Assembly: GCA_030431255.1 (NCBI GenBank)
Contig: JAUIJL010000034.1
Span: 5,909 to 69,908 of the forward strand
From: Thermoanaerobaculia bacterium
Lineage (GTDB): Bacteria; Acidobacteriota; Thermoanaerobaculia; Multivoradales; J023
Reading direction: 5' to 3'
Length of the DNA stretch: 64,000 nt
The notes under the pieces were generated by a model. That model ran no database searches. It was given only the letters and a program-made list of their open reading frames with translations, and was not told the origin of the DNA. The translations under genes and the position numbers were made by a program. Below are positions 26,979 through 36,213 of this stretch, piece by piece; positions within the stretch are counted from its first letter, which is position 1; each line of letters opens with the position of its first letter.

Positions 26979-27611
26979 TCAAGCCGGCTCCGCCAACCAC
27001 GACTCTACGGCCACCCGGGTGTCCTGCTCGAAACGGCGAAAGGCCGAAAGTCTCCGCAAGGGCCGGAAGTCGCGGATCAGCTGGCTGACCCGTCGGCGGT
27101 GAAACGCCAGTTTCTTCTTGAATCTGTGATGACGACGGCCTTGGGAGTCGTTGGCCGCCAATAGGCACTGATCGAGGACGTCCTTGGGGTTGGGTAGGCT
27201 GTCCAGCTTCGCGATGCTGGGCAGGGATAGATTCCGCCGGCCATACGGATTATCGGCGGCCATACGGATCGCATCTTCGTCGATCAGTAACCAAGCTTCG
27301 GTCATTCTTACAGGGATAATCGGCACCGTCGGAGGAAGCTCGGGAGCTTCGGCGGCAGCTTTTTTGATCTCGTCAAGCCGTTGTTCGAATGGTTCTCGCT
27401 CAGCGTCACGATGAACAAAAAATAGATCACTGGGAAACTCTTGCTGTGCCCTTCGGAATCGCTCGCCCAAGTCCGTATGGGAGACGAAACTCGGTTCAAG
27501 ATGGGAGTCGGGGGGCAGGATTCCGGCGAGCGTCCATGTGATGATCGGCTGTAGGCTTTCGTCACTGGTCCCGTCGCCGAGCAAGGTCCAACGCAAAGCT
27601 CTATGACTCAT
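26979..27611 (-). CDS. DUF4276-family (Toprim-like) protein, partner of upstream ATPase
   Basis: 210 aa with an acidic N-terminal motif LLGDGTSDE, VHRDAERE and a C-proximal ...PVRMTEAWLL motif that I recall as characteristic of DUF4276. It lies 12 bp downstream of the ATPase gene on the same strand, in a lower-GC segment. Confidence 0.55.
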   Translation of the reverse strand: MSHRALRWTLLGDGTSDESLQPIITWTLAGILPPDSHLEPSFVSHTDLGERFRRAQQEFPSDLFFVHRDAEREPFEQRLDEIKKAAAEAPELPPTVPIIPVRMTEAWLLIDEDAIRMAADNPYGRRNLSLPSIAKLDSLPNPKDVLDQCLLAANDSQGRRHHRFKKKLAFHRRRVSQLIRDFRPLRRLSAFRRFEQDTRVAVESWLAEPA

Positions 27612-27623
27612 CGGAGGGCCGGC

Positions 27624-29024
27624 TCATTCGGTGGGAAAGGGCAACCCGAGCTGTTGGGGCAGATTTCCGCTCATCTTGAAGTAAGGGTGGAGATGACCGA
27701 GGCTCAGCCTGGAGGCCTCGCCCGCGGCTTTGCCGCGCCAGGAATTCGTCGGCACGAGGTATTCGGCGAAGCGCCCCAGGGTATATCCATCTTCGCTATT
27801 TTGGCCCGAAGAACGAAGGCGACGGGAGACGAAGACCAGATCATCAGGATCGATTTGGTCGACGACTTTCGGCGAGTGGGTATTGACCATCACTTGGCGC
27901 AACGGATTGTCTTCTCCGATGGGGAAATCGGGGTCACAAGCGATCTCACGCAGGAGATCGAGCATCGCCGGGATTCGGCTGGGGTGGATGCCGTTTTCCG
28001 GCTCCTCCAAACAAATCAAACCTTGGGCATCGGGATCTTCCAGCAGGGTCGCCAGGGCGACGAAGCGGAGGGTACCGTCGGAGAGGGCTCGCGCGGGCCG
28101 GAACACCCCGTCGTCTCCCAAGATTTCCAGGGTCAGGGTCTCGGTGCGCTCGTCGTCTACTACCCGCAGCTCGCGGACGTCGTCGATCAGCTCTGCTAGA
28201 CGATTGGCGAGCCGAGCATAGGTTCGACCCTCCTGTTTTTCTTGTTTCCGCAGTCGCTCGAGGGTCGACGGCAAGTGAGCGCCCCGTTCGTCGAGCTCTT
28301 GGGGATCAGCGTAATAGGACGGCGCCCGCATGGCAGACGGCTCGAGCAAGAGGGTGCGCCAGGATTCCATCTCCCGGTGGACCGCGAGCAGGGTGGGGTA
28401 GTCGCTCAGGGCCAAAGCTCCGAGCACCGTGCGCGAGGATTTGGGCGCGGCCACCCGGCGGCCGCCGTGACCTTCCTGATGGACTTGGATTTGCGGCGAG
28501 CCGTTCTCCATTGAGGTGGAGATGAAGGGCGCAGTCCTGCGGCCTTGGATCACCGACTGCTGAAAATCGGTCGAGGTCTCGAAGCCGATGCTGCGCCGCG
28601 CTTCTTTCTGCGTGATCGGGACCAAGCTCTCCTCGATCAGAACCAAACGTTCCGGGGTTTCATCACGGGTCCGCTCGAAGGCGACCGTGTAGCGGACCGA
28701 AGAAGTAGCGGCTTCCGCCAGAGTGCCGAAATCGTCTTCCACCTGCCTTCGCACCAGCAGATCGGCGACGATGCGGATCTCCGGGGCCTCATAGTCGCCG
28801 ACCGACGAAAAGAGGCTGCGCGCGTCCACTCGGCCTCGGGTTTCTCGAAGGCCTTTGACCGCTTCCATGATCGGGTGTTGGGTCAAGAGATGTAGAAAGC
28901 GGATGACGTCGAATAGATTCGACTTGCCGGCGGCGTTGAGGCCGGCAATACACGTGAACGGGCCGAATCGAACGTCGACGTCGAGCAGGTTCTTGAAACC
29001 CTGGATTCGGATCCTGGTGAGCAT
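27624..29024 (-). CDS. AAA/ABC-type ATPase (AAA_15/AAA_21, SMC-like N-terminus), OLD/Gabija-ATPase-like
   Basis: 466 aa. The N-terminus ITRIRIQGFKNL...GLNAAGKSNLFDVIRFL is a Walker A of the SMC/RecF-like ABC ATPase type. A C-terminal signature-like LSDGTLRFVALATLL and a Walker B LICLEEPENGIHP are also present. Confidence 0.75.
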   Translation of the reverse strand: MLTRIRIQGFKNLLDVDVRFGPFTCIAGLNAAGKSNLFDVIRFLHLLTQHPIMEAVKGLRETRGRVDARSLFSSVGDYEAPEIRIVADLLVRRQVEDDFGTLAEAATSSVRYTVAFERTRDETPERLVLIEESLVPITQKEARRSIGFETSTDFQQSVIQGRRTAPFISTSMENGSPQIQVHQEGHGGRRVAAPKSSRTVLGALALSDYPTLLAVHREMESWRTLLLEPSAMRAPSYYADPQELDERGAHLPSTLERLRKQEKQEGRTYARLANRLAELIDDVRELRVVDDERTETLTLEILGDDGVFRPARALSDGTLRFVALATLLEDPDAQGLICLEEPENGIHPSRIPAMLDLLREIACDPDFPIGEDNPLRQVMVNTHSPKVVDQIDPDDLVFVSRRLRSSGQNSEDGYTLGRFAEYLVPTNSWRGKAAGEASRLSLGHLHPYFKMSGNLPQQLGLPFPTE

Positions 29025-29111
29025 GGGGGAATCCTATCAAGGGTGAGACCATGAAGCTCGGTAGCCGCCCACCCTGTAGCTCCGTCGCTGAGGACGGCGT
29101 ATGCTACGCCC

Positions 29112-31493
29112 ATGGCGAGGCCGGGAAAGTCAGTCAGGTCAGAAAATTCAGTGAGGTCGGCGAAGGCAGGTGGCGACAGCGCAGGAAAAGCTCTGCGCCC
29201 TTGGTGGGTTTGGCTCGGGGCTCTGCTGACCTCGGCGTGGCTCTTGCGGGCGCTCCACGGGTTCGGAGGAGCGGGCGCCCACGACCTACGAGGTTATGGC
29301 TCGGACTTGGCGATGGCGTGGCTGTGGCTGGTGCTCGGCGCGTGGGCCTTCCGGAAATTCTGGTTGGGGCTGTCGGCTGCGCTGCTTTGGACGGCGATTC
29401 AGGTGGCCGCCTACGAGCATTTGACGGCGTTGGGCGCGCTGCCACGTCTGGCCAATATCCACTACCTTTGGGATCCGATGTTTTTTCGCGGCTCGGTGAT
29501 GCCGACCCTCTCAGCGCCCGCGACTTTGGGCATGTTGGGGCTGACCGCGGTCGCCGCCTGGATCGCCTACCGATTGAATCGCGGACGGTTGACCGCCGGC
29601 GGCTGGGCGCCTTGGATCATCGGTGTGGCTCTGGCGATCGTTTTGGGTCTGTGGCCGATCTCTGAGCACGCTCCGGGTTGGCGGCAGGCCAACGCCGTAG
29701 AGCTGGGGCTCAGGGAGCTGGGCGGTGGGCTCGTGGGCGCCGGCGGGACCTCCGAGACGACGGTGGATCCGCGGATCGGTGCCGAGCTGCCGCCGGACGA
29801 CACGGGGCCGGATCTTTCAGGTCGCCTCCTGCTGCCGAGAGCCGAGGGCAAGAACGTGCTGTTGATCTTGGTGGAGAGCCTCGGTGGCGGGGCCTTTCCG
29901 TCGTTGCTCGAATCCCAAGGCCTTGACGAGCCCGGTCTCTTGCCCCAAACCGACGCGCTTTTCCGCCGGGGCTGGGTATATTCCAACTTCATCAGCATGC
30001 AGCGACAGACCCAACGGGGCACCTATGCCTTGCTCTGTGGTCGCGCGCCCCGTCTGGCCGGTGGGCTGTCGAAGATGACCGAGCTGATCAAACAGCGGGG
30101 CGAGGAAGTGCTCGATTGCTTGCCGGAGCGGCTGCGTCGCGCCGGTTATCAAACCGCCTATTTGCAGGCGGCCCACCTGCCGTTTTCCCTCAAGGACCAA
30201 TTCATGCCCAAGGCGGGTTTCGAGCGGATCCTCGGCGAGCGTTGGTTTACGGACGCCCACATCTGGGGCAAATGGGGCGTGGACGATAGGACATTTTTCG
30301 AAGGCGCTTTGCAGACCGTGGAAGAGATGGACGCGGAGCCACAGCCCTACTTCCTCACCCTGCTGAATGTCGGCACCCACCATCCCTATGCCGTGCCCGA
30401 AGATCACGAGTCGTCCCATGAGAAGCATTCATTCCCTTGGTCCATGTCGTACCTCGACGGTCAATTGGTGGATTTCTTGGGGCAGCTCAGGGATCGCGGC
30501 TTGCTTGACGATACGGTGGTGGTGCTGACCTCGGACGAAGCGGTGGGCCTGGATCGGGGACAGGGTGATGCTGCCCAGATGCTGGATCAGGCCTGGGGTT
30601 TCCTCGGGGTGCTGACCCCCGACGGCAGCAGCGGCTGGGTGACGGAGCCCTACGCCCAAAGCGATCTACCGCTTTCCTTGCTCGATCTGCTCGGCGTGGC
30701 GTCGGACCTGCCGGACGATGGGGATTCGCTGCCGTTTTCGGGCCGCAGCGCATTCCGTGAATACAGCAAGCCGCGCACCCTGGCATTCGGCAATGTGTTC
30801 TTGAATCGGGTCGCGGGCGTCGGGCTCGACGGTCGGCTCTACGGCTGTAAAGTGGACGCTTCGGAATGCACGAAATGGCGCGTGCCGGCGGGCAAGCTCT
30901 TCTCCGACGAGAGGTCCGAGGAGCCGATCGCCGACGGCGAGCTGGGTTTCCTCTTTCGCCACGTACAGTCGAGTGATCGCTTGCCGAGATCCAGTCGGAG
31001 CCAGGGTTTCGGCTCGCGGTCCAACGGTGCAAAACCGATCGCTTACGAATTCGGATTGGCGCGTTTGACGTCGATCTCATCTTCCGACGCGTTTCTTTCC
31101 GAACGACCTTGGATCTTCGACGGACAGCGGTATACCGTGCCTCCGAGGTCTTTGGTGGAGGTCGATGTGCAAGTGAAGCTGACCGGTTCTTCGCCGGATG
31201 GGATCCGAGCCCGTCAGGAGCTGATGGTGGCCGACGGGCCGGTCCTCTTCGGCGAGGAAGCGTCGTTGATCGATGGGCAAAGCGTGCGGTTCCATGCCGT
31301 TTATCGGGTGGGGGAGGAGCCGCTACGGCGATTCGAGTGCCGGTTCGGGGTGGTCGACCGCGGAAAAGGGTCCTGGAAATTGACCTTTGAGCGGGCTCGA
31401 TTGCGAATCACGCCTTTGGTCGGTGAGCAGGGTGCTGGATCGGCGGATGGTGTTTTAGTGAGCGGCAGCGCGAGCGTCCGAGGAGGGAGCTGA
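29112..31493 (+). CDS. membrane-anchored sulfatase / LTA-synthase-like (alkaline phosphatase superfamily) protein
   Basis: 793 aa with about 5 N-terminal TM helices, followed by a sulfatase-like domain (VLLILVESLGG..., NVGTHHPY). Confidence 0.7.
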   Translation: MARPGKSVRSENSVRSAKAGGDSAGKALRPWWVWLGALLTSAWLLRALHGFGGAGAHDLRGYGSDLAMAWLWLVLGAWAFRKFWLGLSAALLWTAIQVAAYEHLTALGALPRLANIHYLWDPMFFRGSVMPTLSAPATLGMLGLTAVAAWIAYRLNRGRLTAGGWAPWIIGVALAIVLGLWPISEHAPGWRQANAVELGLRELGGGLVGAGGTSETTVDPRIGAELPPDDTGPDLSGRLLLPRAEGKNVLLILVESLGGGAFPSLLESQGLDEPGLLPQTDALFRRGWVYSNFISMQRQTQRGTYALLCGRAPRLAGGLSKMTELIKQRGEEVLDCLPERLRRAGYQTAYLQAAHLPFSLKDQFMPKAGFERILGERWFTDAHIWGKWGVDDRTFFEGALQTVEEMDAEPQPYFLTLLNVGTHHPYAVPEDHESSHEKHSFPWSMSYLDGQLVDFLGQLRDRGLLDDTVVVLTSDEAVGLDRGQGDAAQMLDQAWGFLGVLTPDGSSGWVTEPYAQSDLPLSLLDLLGVASDLPDDGDSLPFSGRSAFREYSKPRTLAFGNVFLNRVAGVGLDGRLYGCKVDASECTKWRVPAGKLFSDERSEEPIADGELGFLFRHVQSSDRLPRSSRSQGFGSRSNGAKPIAYEFGLARLTSISSSDAFLSERPWIFDGQRYTVPPRSLVEVDVQVKLTGSSPDGIRARQELMVADGPVLFGEEASLIDGQSVRFHAVYRVGEEPLRRFECRFGVVDRGKGSWKLTFERARLRITPLVGEQGAGSADGVLVSGSASVRGGS

Positions 31494-31495
31494 GG

Positions 31496-33163
31496 ATGGC
31501 GGAGACGAAGGCAAGGCTAACGTCCGGATTGGATCCCAGGTGGATCCCGGCTTCGGTGGCGGCGGGTCTCGCGGCGATCTTTATCTACCGGTTCAGCCAA
31601 CACCTCTTTCTCTCCGACGACGCCTTCATCAGCTTTCGCTACAGCCGGCATTGGGTCGAGGGTTTGGGTCTGGTGTGGAATCCGGGCGAGAAAGTAGAGG
31701 GCTATACCAATTTTCTGTGGATGGCCCTGATGGCGGCCGGCCTTCAGCTTGGAATCGAGCCGGAGATATTCGCGCCCTTGATGGGGCTGTTGTCGGGTCT
31801 GGGTGTGCTGTTCCTGGTCTCCAAGCTCAGCCCGCCGGAATCCCATTGGCGTTGGCTGACGCCGGGCCTGCTGGTCACCAACTATTCCTTCATCGCGTGG
31901 TCGTCCGGTGGGCTGGAGACCCAGATGTTCTCGTTCTGGGGTTTAGCGACCGTGGTGCTGGCGGTGAGCGGGGCTCATCCCTGTCTTTTCGGCCTGTGTG
32001 GAGCGGCGGCGGTTTTGACCCGCCCGGAGGGTTTGCTGTGGGCCGGCGCCGCCGGTCTTTGCTGGCTGATCGACCTGTGGCGACGGCAGATGTCGTGGCG
32101 TCGCGCGGTTTGGTTTCCGGTCGCTTTCGTCACGCCGGTGGCCACGCACCTGCTGTGGCGTGTCGACTATTACGGCTTTTGGCTTCCCAACACCTTCTAC
32201 GCCAAAGTCGGTGGCACCGAGTGGGCCGACGGTTGGACCTACCTCTCCTATTTCCTGAGCGAATATCGGATCGAGCTGTTATTACCTTTCGCGCTCTTGG
32301 CCCTACGCCATCCCGTCACGGAGGGTTCGGCAGGCTTGAGCTGCCGATGGACCCGCTCCATCTTGATCTCCGCCTTGATCGTTGGGGTTTACGGCGTTTA
32401 CGTGGTTTCCGTGGGCGGCGACTTCCTGGAATTCCGCTTCATGGTGCCGTGGCTGCCCTACTACTTTTTCTTGGTCGTGGCGGGCGCGCGGCAATGGTGG
32501 GTGTGGCTCGCGCCGGAACGGCTGGGCTGGTCTCCGCGGGTGGCGGGTACGGTGCTCGTGGCCTGGGTGGTGGTGTGGGCGGCCGCGGCTTGGGGCGAAA
32601 GCGAGGCCGAGCAACCCAGGGGGTTCGAGGCGGTGCCCGCCATCGGACACTATGCCAATTTCCGCACCGAGCAGGGGTTGATGCTCCGTCAGTGGGTGGA
32701 CGAAGGCCTGCTGCCGGAGGATTTCAGGGTGGTGACCGGCGGGGCCGGTGCCTTACCCTACTATTCCCGGCTTTACGTGCTCGATCGCAGGGGGCTGAAC
32801 GACGTCGAGGTCGCCCATTCCGACTACGTGCCCGGCAAGGGTTATGTGGGGCATCGGCGTTGGGCCTCGCCGGGCCTGATCCGGCGCCGGGAGATGACCG
32901 CGGTGATCCTCGGCCATTTGATCGTCTACGACCGCCGGGTCACGACCCCCGACCAACAGCTCGAATTCGGTCTCGGCAAATGCGAGCAGTACTCGGCCGG
33001 CGCTGAGGTGCCTGAGGATCATTTACGCTTGGAATGTCGCTGGATGGACGAGAACCTTTATTTGCTCTTCGGCACCAATTTGGATCCGGCTGCTTTTCAG
33101 CGACAGATGGGACACCTGAGGCCGTGTTGGCCCGGTGGAATCCCGACTCAACCGTCGAAATAA
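31496..33163 (+). CDS. polytopic membrane protein, GT-C-like glycosyl/arabinosyl-transferase candidate
   Basis: 555 aa starting 3 bp after the sulfatase stop. It has the first-loop motif DDAFISFRY..GLVWNPGEKVEGYTNFLW and about 12 TM helices. Confidence 0.55.
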   Translation: MAETKARLTSGLDPRWIPASVAAGLAAIFIYRFSQHLFLSDDAFISFRYSRHWVEGLGLVWNPGEKVEGYTNFLWMALMAAGLQLGIEPEIFAPLMGLLSGLGVLFLVSKLSPPESHWRWLTPGLLVTNYSFIAWSSGGLETQMFSFWGLATVVLAVSGAHPCLFGLCGAAAVLTRPEGLLWAGAAGLCWLIDLWRRQMSWRRAVWFPVAFVTPVATHLLWRVDYYGFWLPNTFYAKVGGTEWADGWTYLSYFLSEYRIELLLPFALLALRHPVTEGSAGLSCRWTRSILISALIVGVYGVYVVSVGGDFLEFRFMVPWLPYYFFLVVAGARQWWVWLAPERLGWSPRVAGTVLVAWVVVWAAAAWGESEAEQPRGFEAVPAIGHYANFRTEQGLMLRQWVDEGLLPEDFRVVTGGAGALPYYSRLYVLDRRGLNDVEVAHSDYVPGKGYVGHRRWASPGLIRRREMTAVILGHLIVYDRRVTTPDQQLEFGLGKCEQYSAGAEVPEDHLRLECRWMDENLYLLFGTNLDPAAFQRQMGHLRPCWPGGIPTQPSK

Positions 33164-35484
33164 CCGGCCACGTGGCGTAGGCGAACGCCGAGACCGCGGG
33201 CCTTGACGTTGACCTTGCGCCAGCTGCCGTCGCCCCGAGACGGGTCCGCGTAGTAGCCGATGGCGACTTGGTTTCGCAGGTCCTCGAGGATCTGGGTGAA
33301 GGCGTCGGTCACTTGATCCACGCCCGTAATCTCCACTACATCGCCACCGCTATCGTGAACGGTCCGTTCGAGCATGGAGAGCTGTTTTTGGGTTTCACCG
33401 ATCGGTCGCCAGCCCGTGGACGGCACGAAGTCCTTCTCGTGGTCCCTACCCTCCCGCAAGCGCAACCAATAGAGCTGGATTTGGCTCCGGCGGATGGCCT
33501 CGCGGACGGATTCCATAGGCACGGCGCTCATGATGTCGAAGCCGTCGGAGAGCACGATCACCACTTTGCGGCCGTGCTCGGGCTGAAGGGCGTCGGTGGA
33601 GAGGAATAGGAAGTCGAAGAGGGCGGTGCCGCCGCCCGCCGAGGTGCGATCCAGGCGCTCGGTCAGATCGTGGAGCGTGGCGTCTTCGGCGTTGACGAAG
33701 GAGCTGACCCCCCGCAGACGGTCGGCGGCGATCACCAATCGCGCGCGGTCGTGGGGTGTCATGCTCTGCATGAACGTTTTGGCGCCGGTCAAGGCGCTGG
33801 ACATACGCGGGCCGACCATGCTGCCGCTGGCGTCGATCAAGAGGGTGGCGGTGAACGGCACATCCCCTTGCTCGAAGGTGACGATCTTCTGTTCCTTCCC
33901 CTCATCAAAAACCTGTAGATCCGAGGCCTTGAGCTTCAAGCCCTTTCGACCGAAGCGCGAGGGGGTCACGTAGAGCTCGGTCAGCTCCAGGTCCAGAGTT
34001 TCGTCGACCCGGATCGGTTGGCCCGTGGTTTCGTCGTAGTAGACCTGCCGGCTCGTTTCGATCGCCGGTCGGTGCTCCGTGGGTTGGTTGGCGGGACCGT
34101 CCGCCGTCGGCAGAATGGGGTCCTTGACCTTTTTCACGTAGCTCGCCCGGACCGCGGTGCCAGTGGACGCAGGCGAGGCATCGCCGGTCGGCTCCTCCGC
34201 GACCTCTGCCACTTGAGGGGGGGCGTCGAGCGGTAAGAGCCTTCGCCACAAACCCGCACACCGAGACGAGCCGCTTTGTTCTCCCGCTTGAAGGCGTCGT
34301 GCACCCGCGCTCAAGGCCGGTGCACGGAAGCTCGCACGTTTCGCCAGCCGGGTGCGATTGGCTTCCATCTCGGGCAGGGGTCCTCGCAAATAGCGAAGGC
34401 GTGGGGTTTCGCCGAAGTCCGAGTCCCATGCGTCGAGCAGCGCGCGGCTGCGCGGATCGGGCCGGTGGGTGGCCCGCCGGTGGAGGTCGATCTCCATCAG
34501 CTCGAAACGTTTGTTTTTCGGATAGGTCGCTTGGGCCTGGTCCAAGATCTCGCCGGCCCGGCGCCACTTTTCGCGTTCCATTGCCAAGCGAGCCGCCTCC
34601 TGAAAAGCCACGTGGTGGACCCAATCCTCGATACGCGTGTGTCGTTCGATCAAGGTGTCGAGCAGCTCGGCGGCCTGATCTTCCTTGCCCTGTCGAGCGA
34701 GGTTGACAGCTAGGCGTAGGGTGATGTCCCCTTGCAGAGGTTTCAGTCGATGGAGGTGCTCCAGATCCCGGAGTGTCTTGCGATAGAAGCCACGCTTTTC
34801 GGAGATCATCGACCGCAGATAACGGGCTGCGATGTGGTCGTCCTCGTAGTTGACGGCCAGGTCGAGCGCGGAGTCGGCCGAGTCGAAGAGATTGAAGTAT
34901 CCGGAATCCCAGATCCGCTCAGCCATGTGGGTCAAAAAATCCGCCGCTTCCGAAAGCGCCTCCGGCGACCGCCCCGTGTCGTCCACATGGGCTTTCATCA
35001 AACCTTCGAGACGTCGGGCGTTGGCTTCGAGACGGCTGAAGTGTTTCCGGCCGAGGTCGTAATGCCAGGCGGAAAGGTGCAACATGGCGGCCGGCAGAAT
35101 CGCTCCCTGGCCGGAGGAGGCGATTCTCCTCAGGGACTCGTATTGCTCGCCAGAGAAGCATTTGTCGCTGTGGTAGAGCAAATACTCGTAGTGGGAGAGG
35201 AGCTGCACCTCGCCGATCCCCGGAGCGTCGGCCCAGCGCTCCAGAATACCCAAATAGGCGTCGCGTACGACCAGGGAGTCCTGACGGTAGGTGAGCGCTT
35301 GGTTGGCGTAGTAGTAATGCCAGAGGGCCACGGTCTCGTCGCTGGACGGTGGAATCTCTACGCTCTTCTTGGGCACCGATCTGATTGCCAAGAAGTCATT
35401 GCCTTGACCGGCAGCGTCTTCGGGAGCCGAGCCCATGATGCAAGCTGTGACGAGCAGACTGCTGAAGATCTTTGAGCAACGCAT
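33148..35484 (-). CDS. secreted TPR-repeat protein fused to C-terminal VWA ('VWFA-related acidobacterial') domain
   Basis: 778 aa with a signal peptide and long TPR-like helical N-terminal half. The C-terminal half has LKASDLQVFDEGKEQKIVTFEQ, the MIDAS DASGSM, SDGFD, and ends ...GYYAD..GDGSWRKVNVK as in the other paralogs. Confidence 0.7.
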   Translation of the reverse strand: MRCSKIFSSLLVTACIMGSAPEDAAGQGNDFLAIRSVPKKSVEIPPSSDETVALWHYYYANQALTYRQDSLVVRDAYLGILERWADAPGIGEVQLLSHYEYLLYHSDKCFSGEQYESLRRIASSGQGAILPAAMLHLSAWHYDLGRKHFSRLEANARRLEGLMKAHVDDTGRSPEALSEAADFLTHMAERIWDSGYFNLFDSADSALDLAVNYEDDHIAARYLRSMISEKRGFYRKTLRDLEHLHRLKPLQGDITLRLAVNLARQGKEDQAAELLDTLIERHTRIEDWVHHVAFQEAARLAMEREKWRRAGEILDQAQATYPKNKRFELMEIDLHRRATHRPDPRSRALLDAWDSDFGETPRLRYLRGPLPEMEANRTRLAKRASFRAPALSAGARRLQAGEQSGSSRCAGLWRRLLPLDAPPQVAEVAEEPTGDASPASTGTAVRASYVKKVKDPILPTADGPANQPTEHRPAIETSRQVYYDETTGQPIRVDETLDLELTELYVTPSRFGRKGLKLKASDLQVFDEGKEQKIVTFEQGDVPFTATLLIDASGSMVGPRMSSALTGAKTFMQSMTPHDRARLVIAADRLRGVSSFVNAEDATLHDLTERLDRTSAGGGTALFDFLFLSTDALQPEHGRKVVIVLSDGFDIMSAVPMESVREAIRRSQIQLYWLRLREGRDHEKDFVPSTGWRPIGETQKQLSMLERTVHDSGGDVVEITGVDQVTDAFTQILEDLRNQVAIGYYADPSRGDGSWRKVNVKARGLGVRLRHVAGYFDG

Positions 35485-35660
35485 GCGTGGTGATTATGCG
35501 AAATCCCTGCCGGCAACATCAGGCCTTATCTAGCGGCAAGGTTGGTTCTTCCGTCTCCTCGCAGAGACGCGAGTGTCCGTCGAGGACGACGGCTGGGATC
35601 GAGGATCTGGCTTCGAGGACGGGACGGATCAGTCCGCCGGATAGGCAGTCCCTCGGAGAG

Positions 35661-36188
35661 TCAGCCCGCCGGATAGAAGGTGTCGTGGTAGCGCGCGATG
35701 CCCGAAAGGCGAGACGGGTCGCTGTCCATGGGGTGGATCATGAAGTGGTCGTCCGGCACATCGGGGAAGTCGGATCGTACGCCCAGGGTCGAGGCTTGGA
35801 GGAAGCCGAATCTCGGGTAGTAGCTGGGGTGCCCCAAGACGATCACGAAAGGTACCTTTTCCGTCCGTAAGCGTTGGATCCCATCTCGGATCAGCTGGGA
35901 CCCTACTCCCCCTTGTTGCCGATCGGGTAAGACCGAGACCGGTGCCATGCCCATGCCGATCCTTGGCGGGTCTTGTCCATTGTCGAGGGTCGCTCGGGTG
36001 AAGAGAGCATGTCCGACGATGGAACCGTCCAGCTCAGCCACCAAGGAGAGGCTTTGGTCGCAGGAGGCGCGAAGCGTGTCCACCAGCTCGGCTTCGCCGT
36101 GGTGGCCGAGCTCGCTTTGGCTGAAAGCACGCTCGACCACCCGGTGAATCTGAGGGATATCGTGGGATGTCTCAGGCCGAATGATCAT
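35661..36188 (-). CDS. GNAT-family N-acetyltransferase
   Basis: 175 aa with the acetyl-CoA binding motif Q..GVGSQLI..G (R/QxxGxG/A). Confidence 0.8.
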   Translation of the reverse strand: MIIRPETSHDIPQIHRVVERAFSQSELGHHGEAELVDTLRASCDQSLSLVAELDGSIVGHALFTRATLDNGQDPPRIGMGMAPVSVLPDRQQGGVGSQLIRDGIQRLRTEKVPFVIVLGHPSYYPRFGFLQASTLGVRSDFPDVPDDHFMIHPMDSDPSRLSGIARYHDTFYPAG

Positions 36189-36213
36189 CTGAGGTCTCGG
36201 ATAGGCGGTCTTC

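Noticed and set aside
31540-33006. 488-aa plus-strand ORF (Arg/Gly-rich)
   Set aside because: It is the +2 frame of the GT-C membrane protein gene; the membrane protein frame has coherent TM helices, this one does not.
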